64,000 bases of DNA from Eledone cirrhosa (taxonomy: Eukaryota): positions 83,638,001 through 83,702,000 of the forward strand of contig OZ024746.1 of NCBI GenBank assembly GCA_964016885.1, given 5' to 3'. The first letter of the stretch is position 1; each line of letters opens with the position of its first letter. The notes under the pieces are model-generated. The model was not told the origin of the DNA, made no database searches, and worked only from the letters and a program-made list of their open reading frames with translations. Position numbers and translations under genes: made by a program. Below are positions 1 through 14,698 of this stretch, in pieces.

Positions 1-728
1 ATACGGGTTGATTGACTGCACAGAGGTTCATTTGTTAGTTTGTTTGGAAAGTAGGAGAAATGTAAATGTGAAAAGACAGTGTGTTTCCAGTATGAGATGG
101 CATTTCTATTAACGCTTTCATTACAGTGTTTTTAATGAGACATACTGTATTTGAGTGAATAAATGAAGAATTTGGGGGGATTTACTGAAATTATTAAATA
201 TTTCAATAGTAAGATAGCATTTGTAACTTAACAAAAGGCTTGTACATCAAATTATGTTGGAAGATTTAAATTTAAGTAGCAACCTTTTAAAATTAGTGGT
301 TTTGTTTCATAGACCCAGAGGGTGTTTTGGGCAGGTTGCTATCAAAAGGGTTAAAGAGCAGCAAACCAAATTTAGTGTATGGCTTGGGTGGTGTTAATCA
401 GAAAGCCTGCATTGGACATGGGGCGGGGTATGTTTGAAGTAGGTGCAAAGGAATAATGGGTTTATTTATATTTGTCAGTATAGAAAAGACAATGAAGATA
501 CAGCATGACAAAATTGCCTGTTTAACCAGTTGGAATTAGTTGCCAAATCTACCTAGAATCACACCTATTCTCTAATATCACACCCTACTGACTTTTCAAA
601 TCTGTAGGGTGTGATATTAGACAATGCCCCCCCCCCCTCCCCCCCCCCAAAAAAGACAAAAAGTTATTTATGAGATCACAGTGGGAACATCTTTGATTAA
701 ATCTCCTTGATCTGACCTGACTGGAAGT

Positions 729-980
729 TAACTCTTTTGTTACTAACTTGCCTGAAACCACCCTGATTGTATGATACAAATCTGCCCATTTTAAAATGTT
801 TATACTTATATTAAAACCTTGTCAAAATTTTATTTAAGTTTTTTCATTAAATAATGTTCTAAACATCAGCTTATTGATGAGTAAGTTATTAAATCCCACT
901 CAGTATTTTTATTTTTATTTTTCCAAAATTGAAACATGCAGGCAGTGTATTTTATTAGACATACAGTGAGGAAAGGGTTA
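729..980. mobile_element. piggyBac-type MITE, family A (TTAA-flanked)
   Basis: Begins TTAA-CTCTTTTGTTAC and ends GAAAGGG-TTAA. Related copies at ~3236-3465, 20742-20999, 48495-48715, 59780-60035 and 63205-63425. Confidence 0.55.
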
Positions 981-2487
981 AACTACAACACAATTTAATA
1001 AGGGATTATTGATTAGATACATACAATCTAAGCAGTTGTTTGGTTATTGATAAGAGCCTGCCATTTCAAACAGATGTTTTTGATTGGTACCATTCTTTTC
1101 TTGCCTTTAAACACATTTGGTCACTAATATTTCTATTTGAACCAGGTTGGCCAGATTATTTTAAAGCAGTGTTTCTTAAATTTGGATACATAAAAAAATC
1201 TGGGGGTTCCACAAGGTGTATCCTTCAATAAAATTTAAGAAAAATTTATTATATATTTTTATATGAATAAATCATTTTTCTAAAATAATTTTTGCTTCAT
1301 TTAATTAATGTCTTACTAAATTATAGGGTGGTGGGAATTATGAAATATAAGTATGTATAAGTATATATTCTGCAATGTTTGTAAAATGTTCAATTCATTG
1401 CAAGTGCAGGCAGAAACAAGGAAACATTTCCAAATCATTGAGTGGAAGTATTATGTGTAAATGTGAAATCACTGAGTAAGCATCTATTGTATTGATGATG
1501 GAACAAGGACATTAAGTTAAATTCCATCTTGAAGAGTTTTGTTGTGTATTTGTACAGTATACTTAAATTTATATGCTTCAGTTCATTTAACTGTCAGGAA
1601 CAGATGCCTTATCACATGAGTTGGGCTATTGTCCTATACAGAAATGGGATTTATCTTTCATTCACATATGAAACTGGAGATATGCACCAGTCTTCTCAGA
1701 GCTTAACAGAAATACCCACGTTGGTTTTCTAATACCATCCAGTATTTGCACAGTGTGTGTAGCATTGCATGTGCATATTCTTTTCTTCTTTCATTGGTTT
1801 CAGTCATTTGATTGTAACAATGCTCAGGCACAGCACATTATATTGACACCGATTACAGTTTTGTACTTATTTCACTGACCTTGAAAAGAGTTAGGGCTAA
1901 ACCAACCTAGGTATAAAAGGACATACACTAATAGTACAAGTTGTTTTTTGTTTGATACTCCACTGATTCTGCCATCCCTTCCACCAATATAGACACCCGA
2001 AGGTTAAAGTAGCACAAAGAGTCTGGATCACACAGCTTATGTACTTGTGGAACGTTTTTCATATTGTCAACACCATTTAACTTATTAAAATCTGGGATGG
2101 AATTCATTTTGAAGTGTCATCATCAAAATAAATCTATTTTATGGAATTTTATTCTATTCACATGTCGAATATATTATATTGAAAAAGCTATACTCTTATA
2201 GGGAGGATTTCTTTAAAATTCTTTGAATATTTTTTGAAGAGTTATTAATTTACTTTAGATACCTTTTGAATATTTAGGGCTCTCCTTTCTATCTCACATC
2301 ATTGTCTCAAAAAGCTCTTTATTAGTTAAGTGTTGGTCAGTGGCATGTTTTAATGAAAACTGTAGGTTCATGGAAAAATGTCTGAGTGATCATTATATTT
2401 GTTTATGATACAATAAATATGAATCATTTGAATTTATTTGGTAATGTAGACAAACTTATATCAGCATTATTAAAGTGGGCTTTATTT

Positions 2488-2676
2488 GGTGGTGGATTGG
2501 CAGTATCGGTAGAGGGTCGGACGCCATGCTTTGCAACAAAGAGTTACGGCCCTTTATGGTCTGAGTTCAAATCCCGCTGAGGTCGACCTTGCCTTTCATC
2601 CTTACGGGGTCGATAAAATAAAGTACCAGTAATACACTGGGATAATTGCTGGCCTTGTGCCAACAGTAGAAACAAT
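2488..2676 (+). mobile_element. tRNA-derived SINE with Meta-domain-like central region
   Basis: A-box-like TGGCAGTATCGG, B-box GAGTTCAAATCCC, central GCCTTTCATCCTTACGGGGTCGATAAAATAAAGTACCAG, 3' end GGCCTTGTGCCAA..AGAAACAAT. Many copies in the window. Confidence 0.85.
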
Positions 2677-3235
2677 ACTTAGAGGGGGCTTTAGAAAGTT
2701 TGAGGAAGAAGATCACATCAGACAATAAAAGGCTGAAAGTTAGGTAACTGGAGGTTGTACTGCTGTATTCAATGGAAGGGTTTATTATAATAATACTGAA
2801 TGTATATATTATCAAAATGAAGGTGGCTTATCCATGTTAAGTTAATGTAGAAATCTAATGAAGAATATTATGAGATAATTGATTAATTTGGTTTGGAATT
2901 TCAACAGCAAAAGTAGCATGGGGAATTTGATTATGGTTGTGGATTCATTTTGATATTGGCTATATTTCCATTCCAAATGGAGAGCTAGATTTTTAGGCTT
3001 TGAACTGGGAAGGAAATGTCTTTTGTTGATGCTGCAATTTGATAGCTTAACTCTTGTGCTGTGCTTACATCCTGTTGCATGGTATCAAGCAATATAAAAC
3101 TAGAGGTGTCTTTATTAATGATACAAGCATTATAAAAATATCACAACCAGAAAGCTGCTGTTAATAGAGAGTTGACTGGTAACATAGATCTGTCATACTA
3201 GCCCTAATTTCTTTACAAATATTTTGTTGCTGTTG

Positions 3236-3465
3236 TTAACCCTTTCGTTATCAACCCAGCAAGAGCTGGCTCTACAACTATGAAATAAAAACCAACCATT
3301 ATAAAGGGTTCCTATATAAAATTAAAATCTTCCAACAATATTATATATAAGAAGAATGTTAAGTTACTGTCTTAGTAATGAAATAATAATTTTAGAAAAT
3401 TCCTCAAAATTCTTAATTTATTGAAATATAGTGTTTCATTAGAAGCATGGTAACAAAAGGGTTAC
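3236..3465. mobile_element. piggyBac-type MITE, family A
   Basis: TTAA-CCCTTTCGTTATC ... GGTAACAAAAGGG-TTAC terminal inverted repeats. Confidence 0.6.
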
Positions 3466-4189
3466 ATCTCAGACTTGCGAACAAAGGCATTCCAGCTATC
3501 TCTGCTCCTACTTTCAGGCATAGTGTATCCCTAACAATGTTATCCAGTTCTTTACCTACTTTTTATGACATATATTTGGCTGTTGTTTCTAGCAGGTCAC
3601 TCAGCCATAGCAACTCTTACTGATTCATATAAGTATTTAATTGGGTAATACTGAGAAGAGGAAGATATTGAAATACTGAGACTTGATCAACAACTTCATT
3701 TTCTTGCCTATTGCTGTTGAAACTTCTGGTGTTTTCAGTTCCTGAACTGTTGTTTTCCTCTTCAAAATTTGGAAGAGTGCATTAGACACAAGGAAGGACT
3801 CCTGTTAAGTGGAGTGGCTGATGCATCGTATGCTTGGCTGTTCTCTGCGGCAATGCCTTTGCCATTTTGTCCTCGGGGCACAGTTGAGATATACCACCTA
3901 AGTCAGAGTGTAGAGTCTGCTGCTTCCTTCCATTTCCTCTTACCTTCATTATTCAACCTTTTTCTGGCCTCTTCCTCCAACACACTATTTTAATTACAAG
4001 CTAACTTTGGAGGAGGCACTACAGCTTGGTGAATTTGATGTTCAATTTGAAATTCTGTAGGTTGATGTCAGCTGGGAAAAATATGGACATGGAAGAGGTT
4101 CCTGGGGATTGTACTTTTAGTTAAAGAGGTGATGTGGACAATGTGCTTAGTGTGTTATTTGTTGATGGCAAGGCTTGTGTGGGTGTTTT

Positions 4190-4500
4190 TATATGTTCAC
4201 ATTTGTAGTGGGTGTGTTGGCGTATATGTATATATTGTTGGAGTATGTGTATATGTTCACATGTTGGTGTGTGTATATATGTGTATATGTTCACATGTGT
4301 TGGTGTGTGTATATATGTGTATATGTTCACATGTGTTGGTGTGTGTGTGTGTATATGTATATATGTTCACATGTGTTGGTGTGTGTGTATATATGTGTAT
4401 ATGTTCACATGTGTTGGTGTGTGTGTGTATATGTGTATATGTTCACATGTGTTGGTGTGTGTGTATATATGTGTATATGTTCACATGTGTTGGTGTGTGT
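4190..4500. repeat. Minisatellite, ~34-40 bp unit built on TG/TA microsatellite
   Basis: Core ATGTTCACATGTGTTGGTGTG recurs about 8 times (4193, 4253, 4287, 4323, 4363, 4401, 4439, 4477). It explains the C/V/Y-rich ORFs. Confidence 0.9.
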
Positions 4501-7500
4501 GGTAAATCTTCACATTTAGCAGTGTATGCGTACCTATTTGTGAGTATACATGTGCCTGTGTGTGTGTGTGTGTGTGTGTGTGTACATGTTTGCTTGTAAT
4601 CTTTTTTCTTTTCCGCTTTTCTCCCCCTAGTCTCTCTTTTTGTCTATCTTCTTTATTCTTTATCTCTTTTTTCCCATTCATTCTCCCCCACCCTCTCCCT
4701 TCCATTATATTTCCCCTCTCCCTCTATTTCATTATCTCTCCTCCTCTTCTTTCACATACATAATAGCCATCTCACTACAAAGGTTTACATATTGAGCCTA
4801 TTTCTAAATTTTGTCCTTATGTTTAGCTGTTGTATGAAATTGCAGTTGGTTTTTCAATTTACTTTGAGGCATTCACTCGCTATATAATTATAAAAGGCTG
4901 TTTATTGTATTAATAACTGAAGCAGCAATTATTTACTACTGAATAATTAATGTCAATAATATTAGAAATAATAATAATAATAATAATGCTGGTAGTGGTG
5001 GTGGTGGTGGTAGTAGTAGTAACAATGATAATAATAATAATAATAATAACAACAACCATACGGATTGTTTAAAAAAACAATAACAACCATAGTAATGTTG
5101 CCTTGTGGTTGTGGAATCCCATATATAAACATGCTATTATAAATCCTATCTGACATTATAATTCTTTGTCTTTCCCTGAAAACATGCAACCATATGGTTG
5201 TTGTTGTCGTTGTTGCTGTTGTTTTGTTATAAGACAGGGAAAACGAGCAAGTTTTGAAATTATCCATTTATAGTAAGCATCTAGCAGCAATTTGAGTGCA
5301 GTGCTCACATCCCACAATCCATTTTGTTTTGCTGCGAGATTTTTGCAATGTCTAATGATTATCAATAAAGTTTTTATCATAATGTACAAAAATAAAATAA
5401 AAGAATAGAAATCAATCACATTAACTAAACTGGCTTCAATTTCTCCATTGATATTCTTTTTATAAATACAAATTTACATATAGATATATATGTGTATGTG
5501 TGTTTATGTGTGTGTATGTAATGTGGCCAGCAGACAATCATTCTTTTTATTTCTAAATGAATTTCATCTATTTATCAAGTTGAATTTGATTTGTAACCTC
5601 TTCCAGTCCAATGATTTAAGGCTTAAGTCATTGACTCAGTCAGACTGTAGCATATATTTATTAGCAGTGTAGTTACAAACTGGTCCTCTCTTGTCTATCA
5701 AGAGATTTGAATGGCTTCCTCTTTCATTGGAGACTGAATCAAATTGCTTGGATTAAGAACAGTAATGGGCTTCTAATCAAAATATATCTAATATTGTAGC
5801 AATAGTTTGCCATTGTTACTGTCTGCAGTGAGTTGGGAAAGCATATTTAAAAGAGAATAATTGCTTCCAAAATTGATATATACACTCTCATCTATTGTTT
5901 CAATCAGTTATGAGAGCTGTATGTATGTCTATATAATGTTTATAATGTTAAGATGGAGTTTTATGGAGAGTGTCAGTAGTAATTCTATCCTGTAGAAGTC
6001 AAAAACAATTAAAATATGCTACTATGAATTCAGAGTTTTACTAATTTCTTCCAGTCAGTTTCAAGAAAACTCATGTTGTATATATTTTATGCTGTTTTTT
6101 TTACTGTTTTATTTAATCAATTACCTCTGTGAAGATGGGTAGCTGTAAGAAAGTACAGAATTAGAATTCCCTGGAGGACTGATATATAAATATAAGAATA
6201 TGATGAAAGACACTTAAGAAACAATGTGGGGTGAAGAGGAATTTGAAAACATTGGATATTTTGGCTTTTAAAAAAAAATTGATGTTAATAAGAATGTATA
6301 AGGAGAATGACTCAATGTTTTATAATTAGTTCTTGGATTTTTTTTCCAAGATACAAAGAATTTTGCTGTATAATGCATATCATTTTCTTTAAAATTTCTT
6401 TTTCTGCTTAAAGGGCAGCAACCATGGCCCTTTTCACGGTTGGCTGGGGTTACTGTGAGAGAGAGAGAGACCCTCAAACTATAGACCAGGCCTGAATGTT
6501 TGTCATAGAATGAAGGTACACAAGTACCAGCTGGTGGTTTGAAGCCAGGCAACAAATTAAGTTTGCATATTTCGTTGTAAAATATTTTCTTCTAGGAACA
6601 CTTTTAAATCTTAAGATGAACAGATCCAAATAATTTAAAAAGACATATTATAAAATGTCAATTTCTGTTTTTAATGATCTTTATTAGTTCTACATGAAAT
6701 TGAAATTTACTTGAATTATTATTTGTGTCATGTAGGTGTCACAACAAAAAGCACCCAACCCACATTGTAAGGTGGTCATGTAGGTGTCACAACTAAAATC
6801 AGGTACTCTTCTACCATTTCAGCCATTCCATCAACTCCAGGAATTTAGATATTTTTGGCAAGAATTTAGCAAGAATTTATACCAAGCAAACCCCTGAAAC
6901 TTGTCATTGGCAATGAATGATTGCTTTTGATTAGGCACCACATCAATTTTACTAAAAATGATATATGCTCAGTTTAATTGAATCTGCTGTATTAGCTGTG
7001 TTTATTTGGTCAAATTTGAAGTCAGTTAACCATGGAGGTATAAATAAATAAATAAATAATCTCAATAATGATTTCTTACATTGGCATAAGGCTACACATT
7101 TATAGGACAAAAGTATATTGATTAAATTGGCTGACTGTATTATCAGTAAATAGCTTATCAACACCAGATAGATGATAGTTAATGTCAACTTCAACAGAAT
7201 TTGAACTTGAGGTGTAACTAAATACAGCAAAGCATTTTGTCCAGTGCTCTACCAAATACAACCATCCACTGCCTAAATAATACTAATAACAATGGTTTCT
7301 GATTTAGGTACAAGGTCAACAATTTTTGGGGAAGGGTAAGTCGATTAAATTAACTGTAGTGTGTTACTGGTGTTTTATTTTATTGACCCCGCAAGGATGA
7401 TAGGCTAAGCTAATCACAGCTTAATTTGACTTCAAAATGTAAAGTGCTGTAACTATATGCTGCAAAGTATTTTGTTTGAAGCTCTACCAATACTGCTAAT

Positions 7501-7775
7501 CCAAAGGGTCAGCTGACAATGCTAATGATAAAAATGAATATTAATAATACATATGTAGGCTTCTGCATATTTTGTGTTTTGGTGCAAGTTGTAATGTCAG
7601 TCAACTGAGCGAATTTTGAAAATAGTTGTTTGCTCACAACAGCTGTTGTATTTGTCAAATGAAATATCTTGAATTCTTTTTGACCTAGTGAAGGAAATTA
7701 ATGCAGAGAAACTCCTGAACACTCACAAACAAGTTTTGTTTCTCTCATGCCTACAAGATGTCTGCATGTGTGAGC

Positions 7776-7827
<52 letters not shown>

Positions 7828-9599
7828 TCACACATGCAAACATCTTATATATATATAGGTCAAAATAGGATTGTAAAAAGGTTGATTATATATTACACCA
7901 TACGACACATGATATAATCAGTTATGTGTTGTGTAAACATACTTATTGTTATTGTCAACATTATTTGGGATTAAAACCTGAGTTAGAAACCAATGAATGT
8001 TTTCTATATGGTTGCTATAGCTGCTAGAAACGGCAGCCAAATGTGCTTAAAGTTACACACTACTATCTTGAAAAGGTAGGGCCAGGTTGAATGAGGTAAT
8101 CCTAAATGCCCAATGCCCAAGAGAAAGACATGGTGCTCCTCACTGAAATGACTTTGATCATGGATCTGCTTGGTCAAGTTGATCTGGAGTTAAACAACAA
8201 CAACCAGCATGATTTCAAATCTTCTTAGACTCATCATACCTGAGGTACATGCTCCTTGATTAGTCTTAAACACTTTATATGCATTCTTGATAGGAGAGCC
8301 TACTGAATCTTCAAAGAGGTCTAAAGTGCTACCTACATTCCAAATGTTGGCTGTTGCAAATCGACACCAATACTTAACCAGTACTTTATTTTATGAACCC
8401 TGGAAGGATGAAAGGCAAAGTTGACCTCAACAAAATTTAAACTCAGGATGCAAATGACCATAACTAAACATCACAAAACTTTTTGTTCGATGTTCTAACA
8501 ATTCTGCCAATTCACCATCCTTACTGCCATAATGATAATAATAATAATAAGCCCAATTATATTCAACAAGACTAATTATAGTTTACATAACCATAATAGA
8601 ATTGATACCAGGCTGTAGTGCCATTACAGAGTACCTATTTCAGATAAATATTTGTTTTGTCATGTTTAACAAAAGACTGTATTATAAAGAAGCCTGATGT
8701 TTTTGTTCTTCTCTTGTGACAAGGCGACTGCATCGTAATTGTTAACACCTTTATATTAGCCCTGGATTAATCATTAAGCAAATTGAACATGTGCTTATGG
8801 CTTCAAATAAATAAAGAAAGACTTCATTGAGTTTTTTTCCTGTACAGTATATAGCCCCCCACCCCCACCCCACACACACACACACACTGTATATGAGGGT
8901 ACCATAATCATTTCAGTGCTTGGAGCCTCTAAAAGTCTTGCTTTACATGACCACATTTCTGGTGATATAATAGACTGTATTCAACCAGTGTTCACTTTAC
9001 CTTTCATCCTTCTGGAGTTACAATTAATTTTGAAAATAATCAAGAATTTGGTGGAATATAGTATATGTTCTAGTATTTGGAACATAACTTATGAAACTAC
9101 ATTAGCAAGACATTCTTGAAAGGTACAAAATAGCGCTATGATCGCATCACATTAGAAATGAAAGTCTTTGCTCAAATACTGCAAATTTTCACAACAGATT
9201 TCTGTTCATGAGTAAAGATACTCTAAACGTTTCAATTAACAAAACCCATTTTTAGATGTTTTATCTTTACAGGATGATATGAGTTAATGAAAGCTTGTTG
9301 CATAAAATTATGACAAAATGTTTTTAGTTAAATATGAACACTTTAAAACAGGGAACTAGAGGTGGTCTCCGGGAAGATGGTATCAAGAGTTAACCATGAG
9401 TACATAATAAACAAAAAGCAAAAATCCAGAAATACAACTGCCGTTTAATTGTCAGAATCTATCTATAAACCACTCCACTTGCCTTGCTAACACATGATAA
9501 ATGATGCTTCTTGAAACCAGCTGCACACTTTATTACTACTTAATATTTTTTCTGTTTTTCCCTGCATGTCTGTTACCCTCTTCCTCCCCTATCTCTCCC

Positions 9600-9605
9600 T
9601 GTATA

Positions 9606-9640
<35 letters not shown>

Positions 9641-9657
9641 AGGTGTATGTATGTAAA

Positions 9658-9696
<39 letters not shown>

Positions 9697-9967
9697 TGTG
9701 TGTGTGTGTGTGTGGGTAGGTGTATGTATGTAAATGTATATATGTATATATATATATGTGTGTCTGTGTGTGTATGTAGGTAGGTGTATGTATGTAAATG
9801 TATATATGTATGTATGTGTGTCTGTGTGTGTGTACGCATGGAAAAGCAGATGTAAAATTATATATCTGTGTGTTTGTGTTTATGAATATAAATGTGTATG
9901 TACACAAACACACACACCCACATGTATGTATATATGTGTGTGTCTGTGTATATATATATATATATAT
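9600..9967. repeat. Compound (TG)n/(TA)n/(TATG)n microsatellite
   Basis: Direct reading. Similar compound tracts at ~11045-11189, 20400-20576, 30030-30210 and 40650-40846. Confidence 0.9.
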
Positions 9968-10308
9968 TAATTTATTGAGGCTAAATAATGAGTCTTGTTA
10001 GTCTGGAGTTTTGGCTTGTTTATCGCAGTGATAATAAATGAATATTAAAACTCTACTTGGGTATTGAGTATTCTTTTCTCTCGGCCCTGAACCTTATAGG
10101 GATGTGTGTGTGTGTGTTGTGTGTTTGTATGTATATATGTATGTGTATATATGTATACGTATATATGAATGTATGTATACGTCTATTTCTTCTCTTTATC
10201 TTTCCATCTCCTCCCCCATCCGTCCCCCTCTTTGTTCTCTCTCTCTATTCTACTTTCGTCTTTGTTGTCTATAACTTGGAATCAATGTATGATTAATTGT
10301 TTACCAAG

Positions 10309-10500
10309 TGAATACCTTTTGTAATCTATGGAAACTGTTGCACAGATCGCAATTACATGGCTCTTGACAGATAGAGCTAGCTTTGACTTCACCAGTGACC
10401 AAAAAAATCCTATCTACTCTGGTTCGACTATCCATTATTCTGAAGATACTGACAGAGGCTATGATAAGCTTTGGCATAGTTTGAAACACTTTACTGGAAG
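10309..10500 (+). pseudogene. Candidate decayed exon A of an unidentified gene
   Basis: AG at 10307-8. Reads EYLL*SMETVAQIAITWLLTDRASFDFTSDQKNPIYSGSTIHYSEDTDRGYDKLWHSLKHFTG. Ends AAG|ctaact (donor-like, G lost). Confidence 0.35.
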
Positions 10501-11085
10501 CTAACTAACCGTTAATCAATAGAGAAGTGCAGTCATTGGTTTTTAACTTGGCTTCAGAGCTAATTTTTTTTTTTTCAGATGGTTAGATATATATATATGA
10601 TATTTTGCTAGCAGGGACAATGCTAAAGGACACACACACACATGCACACATGCAAACACACACACACTCACACGCGCACAGAGTTTGACTTAACTCCACA
10701 CTATTAGTAGTTTCAAGATGAAAACATTTCTTAACTCTTTCCTCATATGCACCTGATTGATGACATCTTTTCACCTTGCCAGTCTAGGGTTAAGTGAAAA
10801 TTAATACTCGATTTCCACACTGTGTTAATTGCCCTTTTCTTTTGTTTGTACCCATAACTATATATATATGCGAGCAAGACATGGTCACCTTATCAATCTT
10901 GCCTCAAGTGAGACAATTCCCGTCTAACCCATGCTAGTGTGGAAGATACACGTTAAATGATGATGATGATGATATATATATATATAGGCAATTGAAATGT
11001 GTTTATTATAAAGTTTCCTGTCTGGTCTTTTGTTGTTGTTTTTAATGTGTGTGTGTATGTATGTGTGTGTGTGTGTATATGTATG

Positions 11086-11124
<39 letters not shown>

Positions 11125-11157
11125 GTGTGTATATATATATATGTGTATATATGTGTA

Positions 11158-11189
<32 letters not shown>

Positions 11190-11811
11190 GTCTGGTGAGA
11201 CTGAAAAAAGGAGGTAAAGAAAGCAAAAGAGAAAAAAAAGGCAAGAAGATGGAAGTAAGATATGTTAAAAATTGTTATCCATTGAAATTATTGAGTGGTG
11301 GGGAGAAGAACATATTTGTCACAGATAAATAAAATAATTATGGCGACACAAAAAGCATCCAGACCACACTGTGAAATGGTTGTGTAAGAGTCATGATAAA
11401 AAGCACCCATCACACACTGTAAATGTGGTTGTCATTAGGAAAGCCAGAAACAGTTCATTGTGAGCAAGATACGGTCACTAGACCCAACTTGCCTCAAACG
11501 AGACAACCTGTCTAACCAATGCTAGCGTGGAAAAATGGACGTTAAACGATGATGATGAAGATATATATATATAAACATTTCAATATATATATATATATAT
11601 GGAAATGTTTTGATTTTAATCCACACATCTGATGGGCAGATTGATAGTGAAGTCAGGTCTATCACATTGATACAATAAAGACTTTAAGCCAATCATTTGT
11701 GAAATATATGTAATGTTCAGTATGCAATAAAACATTTTAAAATGAAGCTTATACATATATATATATATAACTTTTGGCCCAGGCCACATCTAACTTAATA
11801 GCACCACCTGG

Positions 11812-11860
<49 letters not shown>

Positions 11861-13106
11861 AAGAATCAAAGAACTGTTCAAAACATTATTTCATATAACT
11901 GCTCTGTAAATCATCTGATGTTATTACATTGAGCTACTTAACTTACTGGTAATAAGGTAGTAATACATTACTGCCTACCACTATTTAGGGTTTGTATAAA
12001 AAATACATATAACTGCAAAAGGTTTTTGTATTTACATAACCATAAATAGTATAATTAATACTATATATATATATATATATATGATTTCTCACGAATGAAA
12101 GTTCTAATCCTGTAGAAGCCTTTTCTATATTAAGTATTTATACTCTGCTTTGTATTGAGTACCTTACTTACTGTGGTTACTCCCCCCCCCCTCCCGATTG
12201 AACCCGGGATAAACTTATATATATTGGGTTCTGGTTTTGTGATCATAGTAACCCACAAAGGAGCACAAACCTTTTCCAAATCAAGTTTCAATTTCATGTC
12301 TGCCTGTACATCTATTCACCCCACCCCAGCCATCCGTGTTCCCTTACATGCCCTTGGTAATCATGTTTGTATGTATGTGTATATACATGTGTTTAGTTAT
12401 TGAATTCCTGTCAGGAAGGAGCTAGCTTCTAACTGACCAGCCCACACACAGTTATTGTAAGCTATACCTTCTTTCACAATGACTTTAACCTTTCAACCCC
12501 ACTGAACTATTTTACTTTGACTTTATTCCTTTTAATCTATTCATTCATCTTTTTATTTATTTATAAAATCTTAACTCATTTCCAACTACTACCTCCTACA
12601 TTGCAAAGGAAAGAAGGGAAAAACTGTGATAACCTTTCATTGGCTGGTTCATGCTGTTACAGTTGGTCACTACACACATACATATGAAGGCACCCACTCA
12701 CACGCACACACTAGTGAGAATCTGTACATAAATTTTCATTTGTTGATTTGATTTTCAACACTATTTCAAGTAAGATCATGGTGAATTCTTGGGATATTTA
12801 ACCTTTATTAATCTGATCCTGCTATTATCTTCTGTGGTATATAATTTAAAAAAAAATTTTTTTACTACCTCTAATATTTCTCACTTATTATTATTGTTTT
12901 TATTATTATTATTACAGCCCCTTGCTTAAAATATTATCTTTATGTACACTATCTCTACAAAATCTCTTTATATTTCTGTTTTTTGTGCACCTTTCACACT
13001 TTAATCGGTCTGGTCAGCTACCACCCAACCCCATTAAACTGACTGTCCCCAAACAAGACTACCTATCCTTTCATTCACTAAACTTAGTCCCTATCATTAT
13101 TTTTCA

Positions 13107-13482
13107 GTGGATTGGCAGTATCGGTAGAGGGTCTGACGCCATGCTTTGAAGCATAGAGTTACCTCCCTGTATGATCTGAGTTCAAATCTCGCCGATGTTA
13201 ACTTTGCTTTCATCCTTACGGGGTCGATAAAATAAAGTACCAGTAATGCACTGGCTAATTGCTGGCCTTGTGCCAAAAGTAGAAACAATTATTTTTCAGG
13301 TGGATTGGCAAATATCAGTAGAGGGTCGGATGCCATGCTTTGTAGCACAGTTACGTCCCTTTACGAACTGAGTTCAAATCCCGCCGAGGTTAACTTTGCC
13401 TTTCATCCTTACGGGATCGATAAAATAAAGTACCAGTAATACACTGAGATAATCGCTGGCCTTGTGCCAAAAAGTAGAAACA
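13107..13482 (+). mobile_element. Two tandem tRNA-derived SINE copies
   Basis: Two diverged copies of the 2488 SINE. ATTATTTTTCA occurs at 13096-13106, 13288-13298 and 13483-13493. Confidence 0.85.
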
Positions 13483-13757
13483 ATTATTTTTCACTATTGT
13501 CCCTTTAAACACTTCATTTCGCCTTCCCTTGCCCTCTAATCTCTTCTGTATAACTTCCTCTTTATCCTCTCTTCTTCATCCACATCTGCCCCCTCTTCCT
13601 CCGACCCCCTTTTTCTCTCTGTATTCATGTGTATATGTACACCCAGATACACAAACACACTATCTTCTAGTTATAATTTTTCAAATTTCCTAAACCTGAA
13701 ACAAGGGTCTTTCATTGAAAATTAGACAACTTGGTAATCATTATTGTATGTATGTAT

Positions 13758-13879
13758 AGAGTTACGGCCCTTGCCATTCTGAGTTCAAATTCCGCCGAGG
13801 TTAACTTTGCCTTTCATCCTTATGGGGTTGATAAAATAAAGTACCGGTAATTGCTGGCCTTGTGTCAATAGTAGAAACA
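13758..13879 (+). mobile_element. 5'-truncated SINE with 18-bp TSD
   Basis: Same family. ATTATTGTATGTATGTAT at 13740-13757 and 13880-13897. Confidence 0.8.
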
Positions 13880-14213
13880 ATTATTGTATGTATGTATGTA
13901 TGTATGTATATATATATATAAAGTGTGTGTGTTTTGTTATTGAATTCATGTAAAGAAATGGTGAGTTGAAATTTAGAAAAGTCTTTATATGTTTTTACTG
14001 TTCTGCTTAAAGACTGTATTAGTAACATCATGCTTGTTAGCTGGGTAACTTCTTTATATGAAAACCCAAGCTTTTCCACCATGTAACTTTCTCATTTTCT
14101 AACATAGCTAAACACACAAATTATTTATCAGAATGAAGATGAATTTATAATCGGAGTACAGGAGCTGAAAGTTTTGAATAAGTTCATAATCAATCTTTTT
14201 CTTGTTGAATTAG

Positions 14214-14458
14214 GGAAGAAATGTTCACATCCACTGGGCAGCTGACCTCTATGACAGCACAATGTTTCTTCTCTGTTGCAAACAATTATATTGGTCTAAT
14301 ATACTTCCCGTTGGCAGAGGTTTTGATGGGAATGTTCCACAAATACTCCATCTGTTGATGTGTATTATATGTTCAATGACAGGGGTAATCTCTATGTTTA
14401 TCCCCAGGACAGTTTTCAATACAGACAACCCAACATTGTGTTGCATTCAGAGACACTA
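14214..14458 (+). pseudogene. Candidate decayed exon B of an unidentified gene
   Basis: Polypyrimidine tract + TAG acceptor (14212-13). Reads EEMFTSTGQLTSMTAQCFFSVANNYIGLIYFPLAEVLMGMF, then after a frameshift TNTPSVDVYYMFNDRGNLYVYPQDSFQYRQPNIVLHSETL, then GTAACG donor. Confidence 0.35.
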
Positions 14459-14666
14459 GTAACGTATTAACATCACTGAGCTGTTGCTGATCATATATGT
14501 AATACCCTTTACAGAAATGTGACATAATCAGCATTTCCAATTGAATCCTGGCATTTTAGAGGCTTCACTGTCTCTTTTCTTTATTAGTGTTTCATAGCTA
14601 TGTCCTACTCTCAGATTGATAAAGAATAAATAGCCTTTGAGAGAGAGAGTGTGTATTTTCTGGTTG

Positions 14667-14698
<32 letters not shown>

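Noticed and set aside
2488-2580. tRNA genes
   Set aside because: A/B boxes belong to SINE heads. There is no cloverleaf and they continue into the SINE body.
3700-4090. Coding-like stretches (also 19690-19870, 32690-33000, 48740-49000, 60590-60880)
   Set aside because: Multiple stops in all frames, no recognisable motif and no consistent splice sites. Cannot be supported without a search.
4190-4500. CRISPR-like periodic repeat
   Set aside because: The spacers are only variable TG/TA runs, there are no cas genes, and the context is eukaryotic.
4121-4763. Overlapping ORFs rich in C/V/Y/H/T (also at 9536, 10924, 20374, 29535, 40573 and 51144)
   Set aside because: Translations of microsatellites and minisatellites, not genes.
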